This document shows positions 1-12,695 of a stretch of DNA of 64,000 nt, one piece after another. The DNA is from Lama guanicoe. Its lineage: Eukaryota. The stretch covers positions 8,607,220 to 8,671,219 of the forward strand of contig MU054323.1 in NCBI GenBank assembly GCA_013239625.1, read 5' to 3'. Each line of letters starts with the position of its first letter. The stretch's first letter is position 1. A program made the translations under genes and the position numbers. The notes under the pieces are model-generated. The model searched no databases, was not told the origin of the DNA, and worked only from the letters and a program-made list of their open reading frames with translations.

Positions 1-2410
1 CATACAACTTAATAACAAAACAACAAACAACCCAATCTAAAAATGGGCAGAAGACCTAAACAAGCAATTCTCCAATGAAGACACAGAAATGGCCCATAGG
101 CACATGAAAAAATGCTCAATATTGCTAATTATCAGAGAAATGCAAATCTAAACTACAATGAGGTATCACCTCACACCAGTCAGAATGCCATCATTAAAAA
201 GTCCACAAGCGATAAATGCTGGAGAGGGTGTGGAGAAAAGAGAACCCTCCTACACTTTGGTCATAATGTAGTTTGGTCCAGACATTATGGAAAATAGTAT
301 GGAAATGCCTCAAAAAACTAAAAATAGACTTACCATATGATCCAGCAATCCCACTCCTGGCCATATATCCAGGGGGAACTCTAATTAGAAAAGATACGTG
401 CACCTCAATGTTCATAACAGCACTATACAATATACAATAGCCAAGACATGGAAGCAACCTAAATGTCCACTGACAGATGACTGGATAAAGAAGATGTGGT
501 ATATTTACACAATGGAATACCACTCAGCCATAAAAAAGAATAAAATAATGCCATTTGCAGCCACATGAATGGACCTGGAGATCGTCATTCTAAGTGAATT
601 AAGTCAGAAAGAGAAAGAAAAATACCATAGGATACCACTCATATATGGAATCTAAAAAAAGAAAAAAGGAGAGATTGAATCAAGATGGTGGAGTAGTAGG
701 GCCATGAACTCGCCTCTCCTTGCAACTACAACAAAACCACAACTGACTTCTTGACAGCCATTGAGAAAAAAGACTGGAGTCTAACAAAAAGGATCTGCTT
801 CAAGTGGAAACATTGAGACAGAACCATAACAGGAAGGTAGGAGGGGTGCACTCACAATATAGTTGGGTCCCATACCCTCTGGGTGGGCAATCCACAAACT
901 GAAGAACAATTAAGTCACAGAGGCACTTTCACAGGAGCGAGAGTTCTGACTCCCACATCAGTCTCTCCAGACCAGGGTTCCAGCAGTGGGAGGAGGAGAC
1001 CCCAGGGCATCTGGTTTTGAAGGCCAGTGAGGCTTAACTTCAGGAGCCCCACAGGACTGGGAGAGACAGATTTAACTCTCTTGGGAGGCGCACACAGGAT
1101 CTTGAGTGCACCAGGTCCAGGGGTAGAGATGGTGATTGCATAGGAACCTGGGCCAGACCAGCCTGCTAGTTTTGGAAGTTCTCCTGGGGAGTTAGGGGAC
1201 TGCTGCAGCTCACACAGGGGACATAGAAGCTGGTGGTGGACACTCTGGGAGTGTTCATCTTCATGAGCTTCCCTGGAGGCTGACATCTTGATTGGATTAA
1301 TAACACCAAGACCCAGCCCCACCCAACAGCCAGTAGGCTTAAGGGCTAGGAACCCTCAGGCCAAACAACATACTGGGTGGAAACACAGCCTCATTCATCA
1401 GCACACTTTCTGAGCCACAAACACCTCTAGGCAGGGCCCTACCCACCAGAGGTCCAGGCCAAGCTTCACCCAGCAGTGGGCAAGCACCAACCCTCCTGTC
1501 AGGAAACCTACATAAGCCTCTAGCCCTGCCTCATCCACCAGGGGGCAGATACCAGAAATAAGAAAACAATAGCCCCAAGCCTGTGGAAGGAATCCACAAA
1601 CACAGGCCAGACTTTACACTGGGACCAGCTCGACCCTGCCCCTTGGGGGACAAGAGAGGAGTGTACTGCTGGGATGCACAGGACATCTCCCACAAAGGGC
1701 CACTTCTCCAAGGTTGAGAATCTTAACTAGCCCATCTAAAAACACAAAGAGAAAGACAGACAAAATGAGGCAGCAGAGGAATATCCTCCAGGACAAGACA
1801 CAAGATAAAATCATAGAAGAAGAAATAAGTGATGAGGAAACAGGCAATTTATCTGAGAAAGAGTTTAAAATGATGATGGTGAAGATGTTTAGAGAACTCA
1901 AGAGAAGTATAACTGCAGAGTGAGGGCAAACTGTAATAATTCTATATAATAAAACTGGAAAGAAATAAAATAAAATAAATTAAAAAAGAAAAGACACTAA
2001 TGAACTCATCTACAAAACAGAAACAGACTCATAGACATAGTAAACAATCTTATGGTTACTGGGGGAAAAGGGGTGGGAAGGGATAAATTTGGGAGTTTAA
2101 GATTTGCAAATATTAACTACTATATATAAAAATAGATAAAAAACAAATTTCTTCTGTATAGCACAGGAAACTATATTCAATATCTTGTAGTAACCTTTAA
2201 TGAAAGAGAATATGAAAATGAATATAAGTATGTATATGTATAACTGGGACATTATGCTGTACACCAGAAACTGACACAGTGCAACTGACTATACTTCAGT
2301 TAAAAAATAGTGACACAACATTGTAAACTGATTGTAACTCAATGAAAAAATAAAAACAAAAATGAACAAACAAATAAATAAATAAAAGAGAAAGAAAGAA
2401 AAATAAATCA
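1..2410 (+). mobile_element. LINE-1 3' portion (ORF2 C-terminus remnant, 3' UTR and A-rich tail), interrupted at ~666-1980 by a second insertion
   Basis: Degenerate ORF2 cysteine-rich end (CWRGCGEK.. at ~217-250; CCATATGATCCAGCAATCCCACTCCTGG). The 3' UTR motif GGAATCTAAAAAA..GACACTAATGAACTCATCTACAAAACAGAAACAGACTC is split between ~650 and ~1993. A-rich tail at 2340-2410. Confidence 0.9.
668..1980 (+). mobile_element. L1-derived insertion made of a 5' UTR, ORF1 N-terminus and poly(A) tail (3'-truncated or HAL1-like)
   Basis: Begins GGAGAGATTGAATCAAGATGG (L1 5'-end YY1-type motif). ORF1-like start MRQQRNILQ..EFKMMMVKMFREL at 1765-1923. AATAAA at 1948-1953, then an A-rich tail. Flanked by TAAAAAA(A)GAAAA at 653-665 and 1981-1992. 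Confidence 0.75.
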
Positions 2411-2419
2411 CCTAAAAGG

Positions 2420-3500
2420 AAGAGTAATTAGACTGACAGCAACAGTGTTACCAGAACACAGTAGTTTAGTATTTTAATATGTTGAGAAAGGGGTGGAAAC
2501 TGCCATTCTAGAATTCTATTCTCAGCAAAATTATCTTTCAAGAATGAGGTCAAACAAAAAAATATTAGATAAAATTTAGATAAACCACAAGTTAGAGAAT
2601 TTACTACCAACATTCCTCTTTTAAAGGAAATTTTAAGAGATATAATTCACAAAAAAGGAAAAATGATCCCAGAAGGAAGGTTTGAAATGCAAGGGAGTGT
2701 TTGAAATGCAACGGTGAACAAAGAAATCAGAAAGTATGTGGGAAAATCTAAACAGAGACTGTTAAATAGTGATAATTATGTTAATATATTGGGCAAAAAA
2801 GGTAGCCTGAACTACAATATTGGACAACATTATGATGTATGGTGATGATGGTTGCTTGGGAAGAAAATAGACATGTTGATCAACTTTGTTAAATGTGCAT
2901 GTAAATTTTTTTTAAACCACTGAAAAAATAGAAATAGAATGCTTGACCTCAAACCAGCAGAGAAAAAAGGGAATGGAATTTTTAAAAAAATCAATTCAAA
3001 GGAAGTCAGGGAAAAAGGAAAAAAAAACCTAAAATTAAATAAATTAATTAAAATGGAAAAGAAATAGAAAGCATAAAATAAGATGGTAAAAATACATCCA
3101 AGTATACTATTAATCATAATAAACATGAATTGGATATATTTAAAAATAAAAGTGAATAGTTAAAAAAACATAAATTGCATAAGCTTATCAGTTAAGAATA
3201 GAGATTATCAAAAGGTATATAAACCAACATACAGTTACATGCAATTTTCAAGAGATTAGCCTAAAAGGCAAAGACACAGAAAGGTTGAAAGCAAAATTAC
3301 AGAAGTATATACAAAGAAATACTAGACCAAAAAAAGCTGGCATAGCTTTATTGACATTAGACTAAATAGGCATTAAGGTGAAAAGTATTATTATAGATAA
3401 ACATTACAAAAATGCTTAAAAGCTTAATCCCCTAGAAAGATAATTCTGAACTTGTAGGTAGCTAATAACACAGCCTCAAAACATCTAAAACAAAAACTGG
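2420..3500 (+). mobile_element. Old degenerate L1M fragment (ORF1 end to ORF2 endonuclease region)
   Basis: A-rich, with CTAGAATTCTATTCTCAGCAAAATTATCTTTCAAGAATGAGG (ORF1 3' motif) and endonuclease-region-like sequence. No open frame. Confidence 0.6.
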
Positions 3501-3506
3501 CATAAC

Positions 3507-4163
3507 ACTATATACCTAATAGAACGGCCAAAATCCAGAACACTGACAACACAATTATGAATTATTCCCAACATAATTGGGAAGCAATCAAGATACCCTT
3601 GTATGGATAAACAAACTGTGGTATATCCAGACAAAGAATATTATTCGGTGCTAAAAAGGAATGAATTATTCAGCCATGAAAAGACTTGGAGGAATCTTAA
3701 ATGCATGTTACTAAGTGAAAGAAAACAATTTAAAAAGGCTACACACTATGGTTCCAACTATGCAACGTTCTGGAAAAAGCAAAACTGTGGAGACAATAAA
3801 AAGATCAACGGTTGCCAAGGACTGGGGGTGAAAGGGATGAACAGGCGAAGCACTGGGGATTCTCAGGGCAGTGAAAATACTCTGTATAATGTTATAATAA
3901 TGGATACATGTCATTGTACATTTGTTCAAATCCATAGAATGTACAACACCAAGAGTGAACCCTAAGATAAACTATGGACTTTGGATGATTATTATTTGTC
4001 AGTATGGGTTCATCAGTTCATCATGTACCACTCTAGTGGGGCATGTTCGTAATGGATGATGCTGTGCACATGTAGGGCAGGAGGTACATGGGAAACCTCT
4101 GTACCTTCCTCTCAATTTTGCTGTGAACCTAAAACTGCTATAAAAAAAATAAAGTCTTAAAAA
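3507..4163 (+). mobile_element. L1 (L1MC-like) 5'-truncated 3' end with target-site duplication
   Basis: Typical L1M 3' UTR ending AATAAAGTCTT-A(n). 15-bp TSD AAAAACTGGCATAAC at 3492-3506 and 4164-4178. Confidence 0.8.
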
Positions 4164-5839
4164 AAAAACTGGCATAACCTGAATTAGAAAAATGTAATCT
4201 GCCATTATGGTGGGAGAATTGAACATACTTCATACAGCAAAACTGATACCAAAAGAAACAGCATATTTTAATAGTCCTATAAGTACAATAAAGAAATTGA
4301 ATTAGTATTAACTTATATTGTTTGAGGAACTGTAAACCTTAGCTATTTCTAGAGAGCAATCTGAAAAATTGTATTAATTGCCATAAAACAATATCATACT
4401 GGGGCTTACACAAGGAATAACACAAACGGAAAAAATTATAAAGATATTCATAGCTGTGCTATTAATACTAGTCAAAGAATTGTAAACCATCTGAATGTGT
4501 AACATTTAGGCAATGGCTAAGCAAATCATATTACATGACGAAGTCACTAAAAATGATACATATTTCAAATTCATAAGTTTTAAAGGAAAAAACAGACAGA
4601 TTTGAGTATATCAAAAGTTTAAACTTCTGTATTATGAAAGACACTATGAATGAAGTTCAAGAAGATAAGTGATGGAGGACTGGAGGGAATGCAACTTGGA
4701 TTCAAGGCTATTTGGGTTTTCAGTAGGATGGAGTTCACCACCAGCTGGGCCTCCACAGGGGGCTAGAGACAGAAACCTCCACAGAAACCCCATGCAGACT
4801 GAGTGGAAATCCAAGAACTGCAGAATTATGTGCCTAAATTTTGAGGATTAGAGAGAAGGCCCTGCGCACAGGGTGCCTGGGTGGTTAGGAAAAGTAGATT
4901 AGGGAGGGTCTAGGTGACTGGGCAGGAGGGCCGCCTCACCCAGTTCTTTGTATCCAGAGTGCTGCTGGTTTGAAGAGAGGGGGCTGAGGGTTCCAGACTG
5001 AGGGGCACAAAATGGCTGAGAGGGCCAGCTGGCCAGAAGAGGCCAAAAGGAGAATGCCAGAGGGTATGGACCCTGGGACCAGATGCCACAGAGGATACCA
5101 GGGAAGCATCAGAAGTCAAGACCTGTGGTGACAAAGACCAGGAAGGTGAGCATCAGTCGGGAAGGCAAGTGTAAACATGTCTGTAGAATAAGGACAAATG
5201 GTCTTTATTCCTTTAATATTTATTGAGTACCTACTATCAGTGAAGCACTCTTATAAGATCATAAAGGTAAAATTACTTATCCTTTTTCTTCCATAAAGCT
5301 ACAAATATATAAGTAGGAAAAGATACGAATGCTAAAACAATGACTAAGAGAAAGAAAGAGAAACACAGAATTGCTAAGAAAGAGGTGGCACAGCCCAGAG
5401 TTTCAGGGTACGGGTCCTAACTTCATGCTACCTAAGTTTAAATGCAGGATCTGCAACTCACCAGATGTGTGACTTCGGAGTTTCAGAATCTCTGTCTGTA
5501 ACATGAGACTGATGAGAGCCCCTCTCATGGGGTGCACTGAGAGTTAAATGAGACAAGACGTGTACAGCGCAGCACCTGGTTAAGGCATTTTCCTTCCAGA
5601 AGTTTTTCTAGACTGCTCTGCGGTAGCTTCACATATCCTGACATCCTGGTCTCCCCACCTGGATACCATCAAATTGCTTTCTCCTCCCCATCTGTTTAGT
5701 ACCAGGACCTAGCCCTACAGGAGGCACCAGAGTAATTTAAATACCTCAGAACTGTCAAAACCTATCATCCAAGCTTAATGTGTTACCATCCACTAGCAGT
5801 TGCCTTTTAAAAGAGGACGTTTGTAAACTACATAGAATG

Positions 5840-6470
5840 ATGCTGGTGGTAGCGGTTCAGGCGTAAAGGGGAAGCACCTGCCAGATCCCACTAATATACT
5901 CACTCATCATTGGTCAACTGTGCTGGTGTGAGAAACATGTCTACAAATTCTTTTTTGTGGGAAATAGCTGGAGTCAAATTTGCCTTTCCTTGTGTATGAT
6001 TCGGACTTAGAGACTCACATCTACTAAATAGCTGAAATGATACTACACGACTTCCACGTCTAGATCATAAAAGGCAACATGATTTACACCTTGTTCATCT
6101 CTCTCTTTTCTCTCTCTCTCTCCCTCTCTCCATGCAGATATGCAGCTCTGAAGCCCTGAACCTCCATGCAGGAAGTGTGCCATGCTGAAAAGACAATGTA
6201 GAGAAACCACATAGAGATAAGGATGCTTGAGCCGTCCCACTTGTGCTAGGTTCCAGCTGCTCACTTCCCTGCCTGAGGGCCAGACAGGTAAGAGAGAAAA
6301 ACTCCAGATGATTCCAAGCCCCAGCCTTCAGCTGCCCCAGCCAACACTGCTGGAGCAGAACTGAGCTTGTCTCTGCAGCCCTGCCCAGACTGTACACTCA
6401 CAAGCAAAGTCAATGCTATTGTTTTCAGCCACTAAGTTTTGACGTGGTTTGTCAAATTGTCATAAGGATT
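5840..6470 (+). mobile_element. MaLR (MLT1-type) LTR remnant
   Basis: 3' end resembles MLT1 (CCCAGACTG..AAGC..TGTTTTCAGCCACTAAGTTTTG..GTGGTTTGT). Boundaries approximate. Confidence 0.55.
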
Positions 6471-8559
6471 AGAATTGGCTTCTTGGCAGTCACACAGGGC
6501 CCTGCTCTCAGAAGGGCTCTGGGCTTAGTTGTGCTCTGCTGTCTCTGTCTTGAAATTCTTAATCTTATTTTTGCCCTGGGCCCTGAGAAGTAGGACCTGG
6601 TCCTGAAGCCTGCCCACATGAATTACTCTCACTCTCCTCCTCTTGGTCCTATATAACTGTCACATGCATGCAACTATTCAGCATGTGCAGTGGACAGAGA
6701 ATAGAGCTGTGGAACATAGCCAGGCCTAGGTTCAAATCCCAGCTCCACCACAGACTGTCTCTGCAACCTTGGGTAAGTTAATTATCCTGCATCATGGAGA
6801 TAATAACAATATTTACCTCACAGAGTTACAGTGAATATTAAGTAGAAAACAAATTACTCAAAAAAAAAGAAAGAAAGAAAACGGATTACTCCTTGCACAA
6901 GCTAATACAGTAGTTTCTCATTCTTGTCCCTGCCTCTGCTATCTTCTCAATTTAAAGAATCCTCCATACCCACATCAGAGTAATCTTCCTTTGCTAGCAT
7001 TCCACTGCTCCAAAAACTTCAATGGTTGCCTACTTCTGTTACAATGCAGAGTCCTCACCTGGACATTCAAAGCCTTCTACAATCAGATATCAAGTTACCA
7101 TTTTAGACTCACCTTCCAGTGTTGCATTATACTAACACTGTCTCAAACAGGGGGTTACTGGAGTCCCCTGAAGTACTTTTCACTTTCAATTTTCAGTGCT
7201 TTTGCCCAAGCTGTTCTATGCTCTACCTGGAATATCCTGGGCCCTCCTGACAACCTTAACATCCTAGTTCATTATAACAAATAATTGCATGTAGACTTTT
7301 AGTGTCATCTAAGTAATATTCTCTTAAGTAATGCTTCCAACTGTGACATTTTTAGTATAGGTAACTCAGCTGTATTATTTAAAGGAAGTCAGGCTAAGGC
7401 ACCTCAAGCAACATGTAATGAGTTTGGTGTGATGTGATTTGTTCACACGTACACATCTCTAACTATTTACAAAAGCTTTTATATGCAACAGGATTAAAGC
7501 AGTTATTGAACCACTGCCTGTCAAATAAAAATGTTCCTAATAATTTTCAATTACTATAATGTACGTAAACATAATGACCACCACATAAATCCACCACAAC
7601 TGTTAGAGTTGTGACGTAATTCAATAGAGTTATTCATATCACACACACACACTCACTCACATTCACTATGACCTTCTGGCCTCTGATTTTTTTCAAGCCT
7701 TTGCACCAGTGCACAGGAGGAAAGCCTTGGCGTTAAAACTCCGATCAAATCTGGCCTCTCACTGTGCTAATGGTATGATCTAGGCAGGTGTCAATGTCTC
7801 TGAGCCCTGGGACCTTCACTGTAAAAAACATGGATAGCAGTATCTATCTCTTAGGGGCTTGGAGAGGATGCAACGGAATAATGTAGGTTGAGTGGCTGGC
7901 AGCAAGCCGATGCTCCTTGCGTATTTCAGAGACTCTGAGATGTCGCAGGGGCCTTTTCTTTCACTTAACTTCCCATCCAGTGCAAAAATTGCTTGCACAG
8001 TATCCTTGTCAATGGCCATCAGCCTCCGCTGGATTCTCCAGGACAGAAGCCTAGCACCTCACAGGTCATCCATTCCATTTTTGGCTAATGCTAACTGTCG
8101 GAAGTTATTTTGAACTGAATCCTCTCCTTTATCTCTCTGGTGCCCCCTGTAACTCTCAGCACCGCCCCCGCCCCCAAGAGAAGAGGCAGTGGTGATACAG
8201 CCAAAGGGGTCCCACACCTGAGAGCTCCACTTCCAGCTAGTAATAACCTCGGCCCCTCTGCAGTCCCCCTTTTCCTCATGTGTCAAGAGAGAATGAAACG
8301 CCTGCCAGCCTCCCCCACCCCCACGCCACTCCCACTCCACCCCCAGCCCCCAACCCAGGACCGTCAGAGCGACGAATGAGACACCGGAGGGAAAAGCGCC
8401 TGGGGGATTATGAACCCCCTTCATCACAGCGAGGGAGCTCAGACTCGATTTCTGAGACCTCCCTTTACCTGCTCTCAGGAATAACCTCCTCCAAGAGGCG
8501 CCCAGAGGAGAGAACCACCTCTCTGGCGGCATCCGAGCCGCAGGGGATGCAGTGGGACT

Positions 8560-8960
8560 GCGCCTTCAGCATCCGATCCAGAGGCCCAGAGGCCGCCTTG
8601 GCCCACGGTCCCGCCCCGCGGCGCCCGCGTCCCCGGCCGCCCGTGGTGGGGTCCCTGGCCCCCACCCCACCGGCCCCGGGCCGCCCTCCGGGGCGGGGCT
8701 CGCACCCACCTGCGGCGGCGCGGCGCGGCGCGAGCCGGGTCCGGCTTGGTCGTCGCTGGAGGCTGCGCGCCGCCGCGCCTCGGCTCCCGCCGCCGCCCGG
8801 CCCTCCCCCGGGCCGCTCCACGTGGCCGCTCCACGTCGCCCTCCTGGCCGCGGCCGCCGCCCTGACCCGGGCAGAGTCCGGACAGCCAGCGGCCGCGGGC
8901 AGGGCCCCCGCCCCGCGCGGACAGGCCCGCAGAGCCGGGCCCTCCAGACTGACACCCAGC
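8560..8960 (-). promoter_or_regulatory. CGREF1: CpG island, promoter and probable non-coding first exon of CGREF1 (donor CAG|GTGGGT, exon end 8710)
   Basis: Very CpG-dense, with GC boxes and a direct repeat GGCCGCTCCACGT x2 (8811-8836, E-box CACGTG at 8819-8824). Minus-strand donor at 8709-8708. It lies ~4-6 kb upstream of and divergent from ABHD1, matching the human gene order CGREF1(-), ABHD1(+), PREB(-), PRR30(-), TCF23(+), SLC5A6(-). Identity is from synteny only; coding exons would lie left of the window. Confidence 0.6.
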
Positions 8961-10644
8961 GAGAATGCGTGTGTGTGAGTGTGTGTGTGTGTGTGTGTGA
9001 GTGTGAGAGAGAGAGAGAAAGACACGGACAACTGGAGAGACAGAGAGGCAAAGAGACAGATGAAGCTGGTGTGGAGAGAAGCTCGGTGATGCTGGGGGTG
9101 CCGCTGCCTGCGGGGACCCAGATGTGTGACAAGAGAGAATGCAACTTACTGTTAGGGTGTGTGATTGTGACTGGTGCATGCTGTGTGTCTGAGGGACTTG
9201 TGACACAGTAGGGGGTATTTTGGGTGGCTGTGTATCCAGTATGACAGTACCTGAGAAGGCATGGCCAATGGGTGACTGATTGTCCGGGTGTGACAATTCA
9301 GGATGTTAGTAGTGTGTGTGTTAGGGTATCTGGGTGAACTCTTCCTGAGTTGTTTGTGATGCTCAAGTGACACCTGTGGCTGACTGCTGGTTTCCTGTGA
9401 AGGTATCATTATGTGACTGTGACTGCACATCACTGAGAAGTGGCTCTGTACGAGACATGGCAGGTGGGGTGAGAGGGGGCCTGGGAAAAGTATCATCTTA
9501 AGGGTGACAGTGGCATTTGTTTGCCAGCATAGTGTAGCAGTGTGTGGCTATAGATTTGTGGTCAAATTGCAGTGTCACCTTCTTTTGTCACAGTGGCCAG
9601 TTCCCCCACCTACACTTCAGACTACATTCTCACCCACTGGCCCAAGGACTATTTCTCTGAGCGAATGACTTATCTCTCTGGAATCTTCAACTTCTCCATC
9701 ACCTCCTTCCCATCAACATCGATTAGAACAACAAACTCACTTTCATCAAGGTCACCTTATCTTCTTGCCTGTGGTGGACATGTGGACGAGTGTTGGACAC
9801 TACCTCCTTGGATCATGGTATCATTGCTTTTGGCAACACCATTCCTCTCTCTAGTCATTTCTTCTTAGTTTCTTTAAGCGTTGGTGTTCCTTTGGGCTGT
9901 CTCCTCACTCTCCATCTGTTCATGTGTTCATCTATCCATGTAGCTTCTGTTATGGGTTGAATTATGTCCTTCAAAAATTCATGTGTTGAAGTCCTAACCC
10001 CCAGTATCTCAGAATGTGACTTTATTTGGAAATAGGGTAATTGCAGATATAATTAGTGAAGATAAGGTCACACAGGAGTAAGATGGGCCCCTAATCCAAT
10101 ATGATTGATGTCCATATTAAAAGGGGAAATTTGGAGACACACACACACGGAGAACAGCATGTGAAGATGCAGGCAGAGATTGGAGTGAAGCTTGTACATG
10201 CCAAGGAATGTTAAAGATTCCCAGCAAACTGCCAGAAGCTAGAAGAGAGGCATGGAACAGATTCTTCCTCACTGCTCTCAGAAAGAACCAGTCCTGCAGA
10301 CACCTTGAACTTCTAGTTTCCAGAACTGTGAGACTGTTAGGCAGTTAGATAGAAATGAGCACTGGGCAGGGAGAGAGGGAGGGGAAGGGAGCAACCCAGA
10401 AAATAGCAGTATGCCTGCACTCAGCATAAGGAGGCGCCGCGCCGCCGCGCCTCGGCTCCCGCCGCCGCCCGGCCCTCCCCCGGGCCGCTCCACGTGGCCG
10501 CTCCACGTCGCCCTCCTGGCCGCGGCCGCCGCCCTGACCCGGGCAGAGTCCGGACAGCCAGCGGCCGCGGGCAGGGCCCCCGCCCCGCGCGGACAGGCCC
10601 GCAGAGCCGGGCCCTCCAGACTGACACCCAGCGAGAATGCGTGT

Positions 10645-10678
<34 letters not shown>

Positions 10679-12116
10679 GTGTGAGAGTCAGAGAGAAAGA
10701 CACGGACAACTGGAGAGACAGAGAGGCAAAGAGACAGATGAAGCTGGTGTGGAGAGAAGCTCGGTGATGCTGGGGGTGCCGCTGCCTGCGGGGACCCAGA
10801 TGTGTGACAAGAGAGAATGCAACTTACTGTTAGGGTGTGTGATTGTGACTGGTGCATGCTGTGTGTCTGAGGGACTTGTGACACAGTAGGGGGTATTTTG
10901 GGTGGCTGTGTATCCAGTATGACAGTACCTGAGAAGGCATGGCCAATGGGTGACTGATTGTCCGGGTGTGACAATTCAGGATGTTAGTAGTGTGTGTGTT
11001 AGGGTATCTGGGTGAACTCTTCCTGAGTTGTTTGTGATGCTCAAGTGACACCTGTGGCTGACTGCTGGTTTCCTGTGAAGGTATCATTATGTGACTGTGA
11101 CTGCACATCACTGAGAAGTGGCTCTGTACGAGACATGGCAGGTGGGGTGAGAGGGGGCCTGGGAAAAGTATCATCTTAAGGGTGACAGTGGCATTTGTTT
11201 GCCAGCATAGTGTAGCAGTGTGTGGCTATAGATTTGTGGTCAAATTGCAGTGTCACCTTCTTTTGTCATAGTGGCCAGTTCCCCCACCTACACTTCAGAC
11301 TACATTCTCACCCACTGGCCCAAGGACTATTTCTCTGAGCGAATGACTTATCTCTCTGGAATCTTCAACTTCTCCATCACCTCCTTCCCATCAACATCGA
11401 TTAGAACAACAAACTCACTTTCATCAAGGTCACCTTATCTTCTTGCCTGTGGTGGACATGTGGACGAGTGTTGGACACTACCTCCTTGGATCATGGTATC
11501 ATTGCTTTTGGCAACACCATTCCTCTCTCTAGTCATTTCTTCTTAGTTTCTTTAAGCGTTGGTGTTCCTTTGGGCTGTCTCCTCACTCTCCATCTGTTCA
11601 TGTGTTCATCTATCCATGTAGCTTCTGTTATCTCTTATGGGTTGAATTATGTCCTTCAAAAATTCATGTGTTGAAGTCCTAACCCCCAGTATCTCAGAAT
11701 GTGACTTTATTTGGAAATAGGGTAATTGCAGATATAATTAGTGAAGATAAGGTCACACAGGAGTAAGATGGGCCCCTAATCCAATATGATTGATGTCCAT
11801 ATTAAAAGGGGAAATTTGGAGACACACACACACGGAGAACAGCATGTGAAGATGCAGGCAGAGATTGGAGTGAAGCTTGTACATGCCAAGGAATGTTAAA
11901 GATTCCCAGCAAACTGCCAGAAGCTAGAAGAGAGGCATGGAACAGATTCTTCCTCACTGCTCTCAGAAAGAACCAGTCCTGCAGACACCTTGAACTTCTA
12001 GTTTCCAGAACTGTGAGACTGTTAGGCAGTTAGATAGAAATGAGCACTGGGCAGGGAGAGAGGGAGGGGAAGGGAGCAACCCAGAAAATAGCAGTATGCC
12101 TGCACTCAGCATAAGG
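8766..12116. repeat. Near-identical ~1.67-kb tandem duplication (8766-10431 and 10438-12116)
   Basis: Differences I found: (GT)10 vs (GT)13, AG vs TC in the GA run, C9591 vs T11269, and a 7-bp indel (~11631-11637). A 6-nt junction AGGCGC lies at 10432-10437. Confidence 0.95.
8969..9018. repeat. (GT)n/(GA)n microsatellite (second copy at 10641-10696)
   Basis: Directly visible. Confidence 0.95.
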
Positions 12117-12695
12117 GGCTCCAAAAACTTTCTCTAAGTGAGGGCCAGCAAAGAAGCCAGGTAGGATCCACCACTGCAGCCGCGGCAGCCGCACAATAGA
12201 GAGAGGGACCTGGCTCAACCTGACCTAATGCTCTTTGTAATGTAATTAGCATTACAGTTTGAGCCCCCTCTGGTGGGTTTCTCTGTGTGCTTCAAGGGTA
12301 AGAACCTGCCCAAAAGGGGATGGGCCTGTCTGAGCGCAAGGAACCTGAGCTGTCAGTCAGCCTGAGCATTCAAAGAATCTGAGCCACAAATCACAAAAAC
12401 GCCCCTGAGCCAGGATATAAACAGGAAAAAAACAAAGGAATGGCGCCATTTTCCCTCTCTTAGATTGACCCTCTCCCAATTCTCGGGAGTGTACTATCTT
12501 TTACTACCTTTTTACTTTACTAATGAAATCTTGTTTATATCACACTTTCTGTTTCTTTTAAAAATTTTTTTTCGGGTGACTAAGAACCGAGGTAATTCTT
12601 ATTTCCTTCCTCTCAGTAACAAGACAATAAATTTCTGCTGTTTAAGACAACCAGTTTGCAACACTTTGTTATGGCAACCCTGCAAGCTAATGTAT
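11630..12695 (+). mobile_element. MLT1-type MaLR LTR split by a younger solo LTR (5' part duplicated at ~9950-10335)
   Basis: GGTTGAATTATGTCC..GAATGTGACTTTATTTGGAAATAGGG..CCAGAACTGTGAGAC is followed, after the insert, by AATAAATTTCTGCTGTTTAAG..TTTGTTATGGCA. Confidence 0.8.
12020..12621 (+). mobile_element. ERV1-type solo LTR (602 bp) with 4-bp TSD
   Basis: TGTTA..TAACA inverted termini. TSD AGAC at 12016-12019 and 12622-12625. TATAAA near 12416. Its first ~97 bp are also present at 10335-10431. Confidence 0.8.

Noticed and set aside
8280..9296. Several 190-270 aa ORFs on both strands (and copies at 10278-10974)
   Set aside because: Stop-poor CpG island plus (GT)n microsatellite. Low-complexity Ala/Arg/Pro/Gly and HT repeats with no recognisable domain.
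9100..9560. TG-rich quasi-periodic tract resembling 14250-14520, considered as an array
   Set aside because: No fixed repeat unit or spacer structure. It is low-complexity sequence, and nothing CRISPR-like is expected or seen in this mammalian DNA.
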